Source: a virus (lineage: Duplodnaviria; Caudoviricetes). From it: DNA of 24,384 nt. The notes below the pieces were generated by a model. That model ran no database searches. It saw only the letters and a program-made list of their open reading frames with translations, and was not told where the DNA came from. Below are positions 8,601 through 17,000 of the stretch, in pieces. The stretch lies in the IMG/VR virus record IMGVR_UViG_3300030433_002113, positions 1 through 24,384 of that record; one strand, given 5' to 3'. Made by a program: the position numbers and the translations under genes. Position 1 is the stretch's first letter; the number at the start of each line of letters is the position of its first letter.

Positions 8601-11600
8601 GCAACTTGTTTCATTGTGCCGCCATCATTTACAACAACTCTATCAGCGTCAGCGAGCGTGGTTGAAGTGGCAGCAGTGTCTCCATCTACTATATTAAGCT
8701 CTGCCGTTGTCGAAGTGACTCCATCCAGTATATTAAGCTCTGCCGTGGTTGAGGTAACGCCATCTAGGATGTTAAGCTCTGCAGCTGTTGAAGTGACATC
8801 TATACCACCTATGTCTAGAGTCGTGGCAGTAATCTCTCCACTAACAGTCAGTTGACTACCATCAAAAATCAAGTTGGCTTCACCATTAAGTGCGTCAGAA
8901 CTACTGAATGTGACGACCCTATTATCTGCACCGTTTGCTACAGCAGATACAGCACCACCACCACCACCGCCTGCGTTTTCTACCCAAGTAAATTTGCGAG
9001 TGGATGCATTAAAAGATGGTACGTAACTGTTTACTGGGTCGTTTGTAGATAGTAAATTATCTCCACTTATAGCTACATTGAATTCTGTATCATTGAGAAC
9101 TAAACCAGAGCCAGCGGTGTAAGTTTTTATTTCACTTCTAATAGCAGTACCCGAAGCAATGGTGTCTGCCCTTTCAGCAGTACCAGAACCATTAATAAAC
9201 GTAGCTGTTGTAAGATAGCCTGCACTACCGTGATCTCCCCATCCATATGCAGTATTCCAGTTTGCTGAATTATCTGTGATAAAGGAATAGCTACCGGAGG
9301 TAGAGCCTCGTTTGATGATACCCTCAGACCCAAAGGTAGCGTGAGTTACCAATCCTAGAGCTCTGTGGTCGCCCCAGCCATAGGAAGTATCCCACTGGCC
9401 AACTTTTGTGTCGGTTATAGTATTATCGCCCATATCAATGGACTGACTATTGGCGTCTAATGTTCCACCTAGTTGAGGGGAAGTATCCTGCACTAGAGAT
9501 GTAAAAGTTTCAGAGGTTAGATAACCAGCGCTTGCATGATTGCCCCAGCCATAAGCAGTGTTCCAGTTGCTAGAGTTGTCTGTTATAAATGAATAGCTGC
9601 CAGAAGTAGAACCTCGTTTGATAAGTCCCTCAGAGCCAAAAGTGGCATGAGTCACCAAGCCTAAAGTTCTGTGATCCCCCCAAGCATAAGAATCGAAAGC
9701 TATACCAGAAGTGGCAACACCACTACCAGTAAGCATGTCTATTTGTCTTGCGTGTTTAGTTCCAGAAGGAGTATGATCTCCCCAACTATAAGCGGTATTC
9801 CAGTTGCTTGAATTATCTGTTATGGCAGTGTATACGCCAGAACTTGAGCCTCTTTTAATAAGACCCTCTGAACCAAATGTAGAATGGGTTACAAGACCTA
9901 AAGCTCTATGATCTCCCCTGTTATAGGCAGTCCAAGCTATTCCAGAAGTATCTGCACCACTAGCATACAATAATGCAAAATCAGTTGGACTTGCATATCC
10001 AACAGAAGCATGATTACCCCATCCGTAAGCAGTAAATGCTATACCAGAAGTATCAACACCGCTACTAGCAGCCAGTGATAAATCATGCCTCAATGCACCG
10101 CTAGCTCCAGCCAAATTATTTATTGTAGCTTTAGTTGCTAGTGAGTTAGTGACTGTTGTAGAAAAATTAGCGTCATCGCCAAGTGCGGCGGCAAGTTCAT
10201 TTAGGGTATCTAACGTTCCGGGTGCAGAATCAACTAAGTTAGTAACTTCTGTTCTAACAAAAGCTGTCGTAGCAATCTGAGTCGTATTTGTTAATGCCGC
10301 TGCGGTAGGCGCAGTGGGAGTGCCTTCAAATGCAGGGCTATTAAGATTTGCCTTAGATGAGAACTGTCCAATAATAGATGTACCGGAAGCTACTGTTAGA
10401 TCTCTTTCCGCTGTACCTGAAGCAATGACCAAATCTGTATAAGAATTAATAATGGCCGTGCCAGATGCAACAATGTTATCTCTATTTACCGTGATGCTTC
10501 CCGTGTTTCCACCAATGCTGGTTGTATTACTTAACACTCCAGATCTAATAGACGTACCAGAGGCAATAGTAAGAGCAGTAGAAGAATCAATAATGCTAGT
10601 GCCAGAAGCTACTATATTGTCTGCATTAGTTGTAATATTAGCTGTGTTTGTATTTATTAAGTTTAATTGTATTACACCAGAAGCTACGGAAAATGCTCCG
10701 TCTGCGGCTGTGGTTGCTTGCGTAGTTCCATCAGGGAATATAATACCAGAAACTCTAAGTGCATTACCACTAATACTTCCATCTGGCTCTAAATACGCTA
10801 CTACTGTATCTGAAACGTTTTTCCACTCTTGTAGGTTCGCGCTCTGAGCAGCTGCACCTTTAACAGTAAAAGCTGGTGCAGAAGCAGTGGCATTATATAT
10901 AACACCTCCATTAGTCTTGTCAAAATTAAACAAGTTAGAAGATTTGTGTGTAAACCATAAACCATTGGAATAATTTATAGTGGTATAGGTGTCTGATGTT
11001 GCTGCTTGACCGGCTGAGCCATTACTACCATAAGTATACCCGTATTCTGGAGCAACGTTATTTGAAGGATCATTCTTTAATCCAAGCTTCCAAGTAGGAC
11101 TCGCTTCATCAGTTAAATTTAAAGCTAGAGTTCTGTCATTAGCGTTGTCAATGTACGCCTCAAAGAAATTGCCGGAAGCATATCTAGTTATAGTAAGAGG
11201 TATGCCGCTAAGTACATTCATCTCAGTAGGATGATTGTTGACAAACTTATCTGTTATAAACTGAAAACCTGCGTCCTTAGTGAGTGCGCTAGAGTCGCTC
11301 CATATAGCTATCGCGTTTGGAAGATTTGACGTGTCAGATATTTCTACTGCGGCGGACGTTTGAGTTGTTCCATCTGGAAACGCATAGCCACTAAATGCTA
11401 CACCGGACACAAAAGAATCTGGGTTTAGGCATACTACTTTTTCTGCAGGATATGATACAAACACATCTGAAACGCCACCAGTAAGAGAGATCTTGTCATC
11501 TGAGTTAGAACTTTCTAATACAACGTCACGACTTAATATATTGCCAGTACTGTGGTAAGTACCAATTCCGACTTCCCAATTATTATTACTATTATCTACA

Positions 11601-11740
11601 ATTACATAGTAAGTTTTGTGAGCATTGCCTATGGCGTCAGCAAAAGTTTGATAACCATCATAAGCGCCGCCTAGAACAACATTAGATATTCCAGCGGTAG
11701 TAGTAGTCTCTTTAACTCTATCTGCTAATTTGAATGTCAT
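5642..11740 (-). CDS. Long mosaic fibre protein (2032 aa)
   Basis: Contains the P2 gpH/lambdoid-type fibre segment KANLNSP..GTPTAPTA..TNTTQIATTAFV..LVDSAPGTLDTLNELAAALGDDANFSTTVTNSLA at about 10128-10354, plus AELNILDG and WNTAYGWGDH repeats and GTLPVANGGTG motifs. The N-terminal DRVKETTTT..WEVGIGTY..VFVSYPAEK and C-terminal LIQDGTGSRTVTW..WAGGTAPTLTT domains are common in phage fibres. Confidence 0.88.
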   Translation of the reverse strand: MTFKLADRVKETTTTAGISNVVLGGAYDGYQTFADAIGNAHKTYYVIVDNSNNNWEVGIGTYHSTGNILSRDVVLESSNSDDKISLTGGVSDVFVSYPAEKVVCLNPDSFVSGVAFSGYAFPDGTTQTSAAVEISDTSNLPNAIAIWSDSSALTKDAGFQFITDKFVNNHPTEMNVLSGIPLTITRYASGNFFEAYIDNANDRTLALNLTDEASPTWKLGLKNDPSNNVAPEYGYTYGSNGSAGQAATSDTYTTINYSNGLWFTHKSSNLFNFDKTNGGVIYNATASAPAFTVKGAAAQSANLQEWKNVSDTVVAYLEPDGSISGNALRVSGIIFPDGTTQATTAADGAFSVASGVIQLNLINTNTANITTNADNIVASGTSIIDSSTALTIASGTSIRSGVLSNTTSIGGNTGSITVNRDNIVASGTAIINSYTDLVIASGTAERDLTVASGTSIIGQFSSKANLNSPAFEGTPTAPTAAALTNTTQIATTAFVRTEVTNLVDSAPGTLDTLNELAAALGDDANFSTTVTNSLATKATINNLAGASGALRHDLSLAASSGVDTSGIAFTAYGWGNHASVGYASPTDFALLYASGADTSGIAWTAYNRGDHRALGLVTHSTFGSEGLIKRGSSSGVYTAITDNSSNWNTAYSWGDHTPSGTKHARQIDMLTGSGVATSGIAFDSYAWGDHRTLGLVTHATFGSEGLIKRGSTSGSYSFITDNSSNWNTAYGWGNHASAGYLTSETFTSLVQDTSPQLGGTLDANSQSIDMGDNTITDTKVGQWDTSYGWGDHRALGLVTHATFGSEGIIKRGSTSGSYSFITDNSANWNTAYGWGDHGSAGYLTTATFINGSGTAERADTIASGTAIRSEIKTYTAGSGLVLNDTEFNVAISGDNLLSTNDPVNSYVPSFNASTRKFTWVENAGGGGGGAVSAVANGADNRVVTFSSSDALNGEANLIFDGSQLTVSGEITATTLDIGGIDVTSTAAELNILDGVTSTTAELNILDGVTSTTAELNIVDGDTAATSTTLADADRVVVNDGGTMKQVALTDFETYFESALDTLSNVTSVGTLTALQVDNINIDGNTISSTAGTDLNITPLAGQQIVLDGTIVIDAGVVTGATSITSTAFVGDLTGDVTGNADTATALQTARTIAGKSFDGTGNITIATTDLSDITDLDTDLSSVSSSDDTLASAKAIKTYVDAQVTAQDLDATTDSGTIAIDLDSETLTVAGGTGVDTSATGNTITVEIDSTVATLAGSQTLTNKTLTSPDIDGGTIDNCIIGGNTAAAGTFTSITIGSAAINETELEMLDGITAGTAAANKAVVLDGSKNIATIGTISCGAITSTGSSSFGATSFGDNNITNVGNIALDSISADGSTITITGNTTFADGAYDFDIASHDTSNGLKLGGTLVTATAAELNILDGVTSTTAELNILDGVTSTAAELNILDGATATTSEFNLLDGDTSVGDSITLADSDGFIVNDAGTMKTIPASDIKTYAGGGSFDNFVVTADSGSNQTIADGNTLDIAGGDGITTAVGATDTVTVTADLKANGGLVFESNEIAVKLDASSITGTLAIGDGGTGVTALDDITSANNLLTVTAGADTIIGGDVTLTVNQGNFDLDSIGGSLGLTDQVTGTLPVANGGTGASSLADKAVLITQDSGTDTVSAAVMDANGELLIGGTDGPAVATLTQGSNVTITNGNGTIEIASTQLTTEQVQDIVGGMVTGNTETGISVTYEDGDGTLDFAVGTLNQNTTGNAATATALETGQTIGMTGDVVWTSAAFDGTGAVTGTSTIQANAVDGTMIALGSDAQGDIMYYDGTNYVRLAKGTDNYVLTMNGNVPNWEAAGGGAVSAVANGSDNRIATFSSADALNGEANLTFDGTDLNIATGSIEVRTIDYSDGDNAMTIADGGGVTFAQPTTFSKATKPALEANSDGATVTFDLNEANVHTVTLGGNRTLAISNETAGQCFIIKLIQDGTGSRTVTWFSAINWAGGTAPTLTTTADKADTFGFLCTGTDAYDGFVIGQNIPT
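6091..6210 (-). repeat. Dispersed repeat copy A: GGGAVSAVANGSDNRIATFSSADALNGEANLTFDG
   Basis: Near-identical in protein and clearly similar in DNA to 8858-8975. Confidence 0.85.
7340..7510 (-). repeat. Tandem 39-nt (13 aa) repeat, T(S/A)T(T/A)AELNILDG(V/A), about 4 copies
   Basis: VTATAAELNILDGVTSTTAELNILDGVTSTAAELNILDGATATTSEFNLLDG. Confidence 0.9.
8680..8800 (-). repeat. Tandem 39-nt (13 aa) repeat, TST(T/A)AELNILDGV, 3 copies
   Basis: VTSTAAELNILDGVTSTTAELNILDGVTSTTAELNIVDG; DNA attaagctctgccg repeats at a 39-nt period. Confidence 0.9.
8858..8975 (-). repeat. Dispersed repeat copy B: GGGGGGAVSAVANGADNRVVTFSSSDALNGEANLIFDG
   Basis: Partner of 6091-6210. Confidence 0.85.
9205..10035 (-). 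repeat. Three copies of a ~45 aa unit GDHR(A/T)LGLVTH(S/A)TFGSEG(L/I)IKRGS-SG-Y--ITDNS-NWNTAY(G/S)WG(D/N)H plus a partial copy
   Basis: Visible in the translation; the DNA copies differ largely at synonymous sites. Confidence 0.9.
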
Positions 11741-11755
11741 TTTAAACTCTTTCTC

Positions 11756-14023
11756 TTATGATCTATTCCACCAATTTGTAAAATTAACTATTGGATCGCC
11801 TGAATAGTAAACACAATAAATAGGGCGAGGAGTTTGCTGTAGTAAAGTATAGTTATATATCGAGGCCTCAGTACCAACATTAACAACTTTATCTATTAAA
11901 GACTCTTCCACTGGTATTGTGCAGGATTCTAAACCAGACGGTAAAAACGCACATAATAAATGTGCTACATTAAGTTTACTTCCGTCAACTTGTAATTTAT
12001 CCGTAAGCCCATCGCCTGCATACGGGCCCACACCCGAATAATAAACGCTGTCATGATCACTATCTGTAGAGTATCTAATAAGACCAACGGGAGGAAGATC
12101 GCACCTCCCATTTGCGAAGGCAACACAAAAACTTCCAGAACCCTCTGGATTTCCTTCGCAGCCGTCTCCCATTCCAAATCCGTACCACTGAAGACTATCA
12201 GCAACCCATGCATAAGGACGAGTGCCAAATTTGGTGTCTGCACCACCCTTTGTAAGTGCTATCTGGCCCATGGTCACATACTGAAATAGAGAATATTGGT
12301 ATTGAGAATGACTGAAATTTATAAATGAGCTGTGGTTTTTCCTGTTGTCTATATAGGAGGCTAGTGCTGTAGTATTATAAGCTATGGGTTTTTCGCGCAT
12401 GAAATGCCCTTCCTTCTTCCAAAACCGCTCAAGATCTGAAAATGTCTTAAGAGGCATGTCATTTGAATGCGCGTCATAATTGTCAAAATCGAAATCTTCT
12501 TCGTCGGTACCACCACCGGGCTCGAAATACTCAAAATCTGCGCAGCCATGAATTTTACCATGTATTCCGCAGGGTTCGTTAAGTTCACGCTCATAATTTC
12601 TAGCCAAAAGCAACTGAGGGCCTTTGTTTAAAACTATGTCTGCTGGAGTCCAACCTGCAGGTAATTCTCCACAATGCCTGCCGGAGGATTTAACACATAC
12701 ATGATAATTAGTGGAAAAAGCATAATTGTTTTCTAAGCCGGTCGGCTTGTCAATGAAAGGAAATGCTTCGGGAGGTTGCTCATGAACCAGTTCAAAACCA
12801 AATCCATAATAGCTTGCGCCAAGTGGGCCCCTTATTCCATCTTCCAAACTTTGTTTACCACCACCTTGACTTCCCTCTTGGCTAATACCGCCGGAGGTAA
12901 ACATTTTAGACCCAAAAAAAGCTGTGGACTCCCATGAATCATATATACAAGATTCAAATTTAAATGGAGACGGGCCCGGTACGTATTCTGGGGGTGAAGA
13001 TATTTCAGGGTCGTAATTTGTGTGTTTGTAGCCTACCTTATTCACATCTCCAAATGCTACCGCGAAATGATTTGGCTCACCGTCATCAGAAAAATCTCCA
13101 TCAGGATGGTTCATGCTTAATGCACCGGCGTCTGGTGACAACCAGATAACAGGAATTGAGTTCCTGACAATATCGGCGGGATCCTCGGGAAATTGACCGC
13201 CCGGAGTATATTCCCAAGATGAGTACTTGTAACTACAAGCTGGGCAATCTGCAACATCAGATATTGGAGCTGGTTCCCAGTCCTCTGGGATTTCTCCTGT
13301 GCTATATCCACCGCCCCTACCAAGTCTTCCAAGGTAATTGTCCCCACATGAATATATTTTACCGCCAGAGCCAAAAAAACTTCTCTGATCTACTGCCGCA
13401 AGAAATACTAAACCGTATCCATAGTATTTTCCATCAACTGTTGCACCGTCTTGATAAGGATCCCAATTATCTTTCTCTATAGATAAGAACACCCCAGAAT
13501 CTTGGTGGTAGGCCATTGTTATATGGCCACCAGCTAACTGTATATGTCTTGAGCCTATTCCCAAAAACTTGCCTAGGCCATACGATCTTTCTTCCTCAGT
13601 AAAAGCTGATTCCCGTGCGGCTTTGAAATCAAATATACGGTAATCGCCAGATCCTTGTGGGGGTTTTCCACCCTGCGTTTTGTCGTTGATATTATTACGG
13701 TCATTTACGTTGTTGGGCGACCATAGCGCTACTATTTCTTCCTCAGCATCAGCCATGTAAATGAACGTGTCATTAAAAGCATGAATTGTCGGTTGGTTTC
13801 TAAAACCATATATAAAACTGTCTTTTAACTTATGGCTGCCATTAGACCAAGAGTGTGATCCTCCTTCTTGACCACTAGGTAGGCCACCTATTGCAATAGT
13901 TCCGGCGTATACTTTATAGGGGCCGTTTCCACTAGATGTTAGTGGGTCTTGACTACCCGGTGGTAATCCGCCACCGCCATCGCCAGATGAACCACCGCAA
14001 AAACAATCACAAGGTCTTCCCAT
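11756..14023 (-). CDS. Hypothetical Cys/Gly/Pro/aromatic-rich protein, possibly a fibre-tip or receptor-binding subunit (755 aa)
   Basis: SD AAGGA upstream. Starts MGRPCDCFCGG followed by a Gly/Pro linker. One RCC1-like turn GGKIYSCGDNYLGRLGRG at about 13311-13366. Function inferred from position only. Confidence 0.7.
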   Translation of the reverse strand: MGRPCDCFCGGSSGDGGGGLPPGSQDPLTSSGNGPYKVYAGTIAIGGLPSGQEGGSHSWSNGSHKLKDSFIYGFRNQPTIHAFNDTFIYMADAEEEIVALWSPNNVNDRNNINDKTQGGKPPQGSGDYRIFDFKAARESAFTEEERSYGLGKFLGIGSRHIQLAGGHITMAYHQDSGVFLSIEKDNWDPYQDGATVDGKYYGYGLVFLAAVDQRSFFGSGGKIYSCGDNYLGRLGRGGGYSTGEIPEDWEPAPISDVADCPACSYKYSSWEYTPGGQFPEDPADIVRNSIPVIWLSPDAGALSMNHPDGDFSDDGEPNHFAVAFGDVNKVGYKHTNYDPEISSPPEYVPGPSPFKFESCIYDSWESTAFFGSKMFTSGGISQEGSQGGGKQSLEDGIRGPLGASYYGFGFELVHEQPPEAFPFIDKPTGLENNYAFSTNYHVCVKSSGRHCGELPAGWTPADIVLNKGPQLLLARNYERELNEPCGIHGKIHGCADFEYFEPGGGTDEEDFDFDNYDAHSNDMPLKTFSDLERFWKKEGHFMREKPIAYNTTALASYIDNRKNHSSFINFSHSQYQYSLFQYVTMGQIALTKGGADTKFGTRPYAWVADSLQWYGFGMGDGCEGNPEGSGSFCVAFANGRCDLPPVGLIRYSTDSDHDSVYYSGVGPYAGDGLTDKLQVDGSKLNVAHLLCAFLPSGLESCTIPVEESLIDKVVNVGTEASIYNYTLLQQTPRPIYCVYYSGDPIVNFTNWWNRS

Positions 14024-14026
14024 TTT

Positions 14027-17000
14027 TTATGTTCCTTGACATCCCATCCACATAGGTCTATATTCGTTTCCAATCTTGACGGCCATTATGTAAGCACCAT
14101 CGTAACCGCTTAAACTTGAGTCTCTGTTAGTTACAAAGACGTGAATTCCAGAGCTCCAGTTTTGACCGTATAAAATCATCTCGCCACTAGTTGGTGCGGT
14201 AGGCGTAGTTGGAGCCCAAAGGTCTGTATCTAAAACTCCTTCTACAACATTGTCAAAAGCTCCAAAGGTATTAACCGAAGCTTTCATAACGCCATCCACA
14301 TGCCACTCTTGCATATTAGAGGTTGTAGCGTGAGTCGTTGAATTATAATTGACATGAAGCACGGCGCTTGGAACTATTGTTGCTTCACCAACAGAAATCC
14401 TTTGTGTCCGTAGCGAGCCAGCTATAGTACCACCAATATTTAATCTACTATCTTGATTATTTACAACAAGTTTTTGGCTTTGCTTTGTTATCAACTCTAA
14501 GTTGTAATATCCACTAGCGCTCTCAAGTGCATTGTCGCCTATCCCTATTGAATAAGCAGATTTGGCATCTCTACCAGCAGAGTTACCAATGAATACTGAC
14601 ATCCTTGAGTCCTCTGCATCGTTACCAGCATTTGGCCCAATGAATACAGAGTTGTCAGCAGCGATTGCATCGTAGCCAGCTCTATTACCAATGAATACAG
14701 ACGAGTCAACACCGCTGACTGCAGTATCGCTATAAGAACCAGCCTCTGAACCAAGCATAACCGCATAATCAGACTCTATCAAGTTATGGCCCGCTTTATA
14801 ACCAAGAGCATGAAGATATTGATTAATATTCGGGTTGATTATTGATGTATTGCTAAATACATGGTTTTGGTTTGCAAGTATTCTAGCTGCGCCGCTAACT
14901 TCAATATATCCAGCTAAAGAACTAATATTAATCTTACCAACGCTTCCATTAGTACTGATATACATATAAGAGTTCATATCAGATATTGGATGTTGAGTTT
15001 CTGCTAGGGCAAGCTCTTCGATGTTAGTGTCAAATGTATTTATTCCGCTAACCACAGACAGTGATAGACCAATTCCGGGGTTGGGAGCAACACCACTAGC
15101 ATTTGAGTCCATAGATGTTCCGTCAGCAAAGTTGATTCTACCTAGAACATTTAAGTCACCGCTAATACCCACCAAAGGTCTTGCAGGCGTGGAGGGAGAA
15201 AACGTGCTAGTGTCTGCCATTGGAGCGTCGGTATGTCTCATGGAAACAACCGTGTTCTCGTTACCATTTGCCCCTGTGAACGTAAATACTAATCCGCCAT
15301 CTGGATGATCTGCACTTACATCTCGTTTATTTATAACCGTTGCTACTTTATCTGTGCCAAATGCGTTTTGATCGTGCTTAATTATTAAGCTGTCAGACTC
15401 TGTGCTAGATGTGACCTTGAGTTTTGCCTGAACAACTGTAAGTTCTTTGTCGCTAGTGTTTGGCCCCATCTTTCCGTATAGTAAGATGTTATCGTCTCCG
15501 CCGCCAACAAGAAGCGAATAATCGTGAGATCCTCGTGTTACACCACTGCTAATATTAGGGCCGATTGTTATTGACTTACTGTGGTTGTGTGCTGTTGCGT
15601 TATTTCCAATCGCGATAGAGTCTACAGCGTGTGTCATGTTTGCGCCGGTATTATATCCAACACCAACGCAGCCAGATCCAGTAGCTATTCCAGAGCCAAG
15701 ATTTAACAGGGCCTTAGATCCAATAGCAGTACTAAACTGAGTGTACTGCCCCCAAGTTAAAGCTTCAAAACCATATGCAGTATTGTGTCTTTGATATCCA
15801 TTTATAACCCAGCTAGCTCTGTTTTGTGGAGAGTTGAACCCTAAGAAAGTATTACCGCTTGCGTTAGCTATAAACGATGTTGTATTTTTAGGATTAAGTG
15901 GATTGTTAATAAGCTCAAAGTTATTACCAGAAGCATCGCAATACCATAAGGTACTAGCCTGTCCATAGCTGTGCTGTTCTGCTATTGAAAAACCACTGGC
16001 AACTATGTCGCCAAAATCAAATTTTCCATAATGCCTAGAAAGTCTAGGAGCTGTTCCAGACTCTTGAACCCTCATAGCTATTACACCACCTCTAGCAGTT
16101 GTGTCTTTATTGACATCACCGTCTACAGTCAGTGGTGCGTGTGGTTCATCGTTATTAACCCCAACTCCAGACTCACTAAAAGCAATGTATGATCTGTAAA
16201 CATAGTCAGCGTGTGGAAATCTAGTAGCGGATTCATCTGTTATAGTGTCAAGGTCATATCCATTATAACCGTCAGTAGTAAGGTCAGTATAGGAGTTGTC
16301 TAGTGAACCACCTATAGAATCACCTGTAACAAGTCCAATAATAGCATGTCTTCTTTTGTATAGTCTGGCTGAGCTTGGGTCTGTTGGGTTACCGCTAGAC
16401 CATAAGTCTCTATACCCACCACTTGGAAGATATTCCATAACCAAGCCGCCGAAAGAGGCACCATCTCTTACAGCATCAGTAACATTACCACTAGTAATCC
16501 AGTTGTTAACGTCGTTAGGCCCTGAAAGTAATTCAAGCTTGGGCACATAACCATCTGGGGCTGTACCCCTAATAGAAAAATCACCAGTTGACTGGATATT
16601 TACTATGGTCTTTGGTAGTTTTTCAGAAGAGTAATTAGAGATACCAAATAGACCAGCATCAGGATTTACTTGCCATTTGTTATAGTTGGTAGTATTCCTG
16701 CCAGAAGAAACAGTAAATGTTGGATCTTTCATTACGGTTATAGCATAACGAGAAGTAGATCCGACGTGAGAGGTTAAAGAATATCTATCGTTTTTCTGGT
16801 AGCCAAGCTCTACCGTATTTATACCACTAGCAGAAGAATAATCCGTTGGTGAGCCGTCTGCAGGTAAAGACGCACCCTGAGTGGTGGTTACCACATCGTT
16901 GGCGTCTGTATAAATAGATGAGAAGCCATGGCTGTTAGTCTGGTTTCCTCTAGACAACATCTTGTGCCCAACTTGGGCTCCAGAACCAACACTGTGCATC

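Noticed and set aside
7340-8800. 39-nt periodic repeats as a CRISPR array
   Set aside because: Degenerate at third codon positions, no unique spacers, inside an ORF, no cas genes.
6091-10035. Repeat pairs in the fibre gene as template/variable regions of a diversity-generating retroelement or as shufflon sites
   Set aside because: All copies are in-frame coding, differences are mostly synonymous and not adenine-specific, and no reverse transcriptase, invertase or inverted crossover sites are seen in the window.
13311-13366. Calling the 755 aa protein an RCC1 beta-propeller
   Set aside because: Only one convincing RCC1-like turn is visible, too little for a fold assignment.
14027-14330. C-terminal intramolecular chaperone (peptidase S74) or autotransporter anchor on the adhesin-like protein
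   Set aside because: No SD-R-K cleavage motif, no terminal aromatic beta-barrel signature and no signal peptide.
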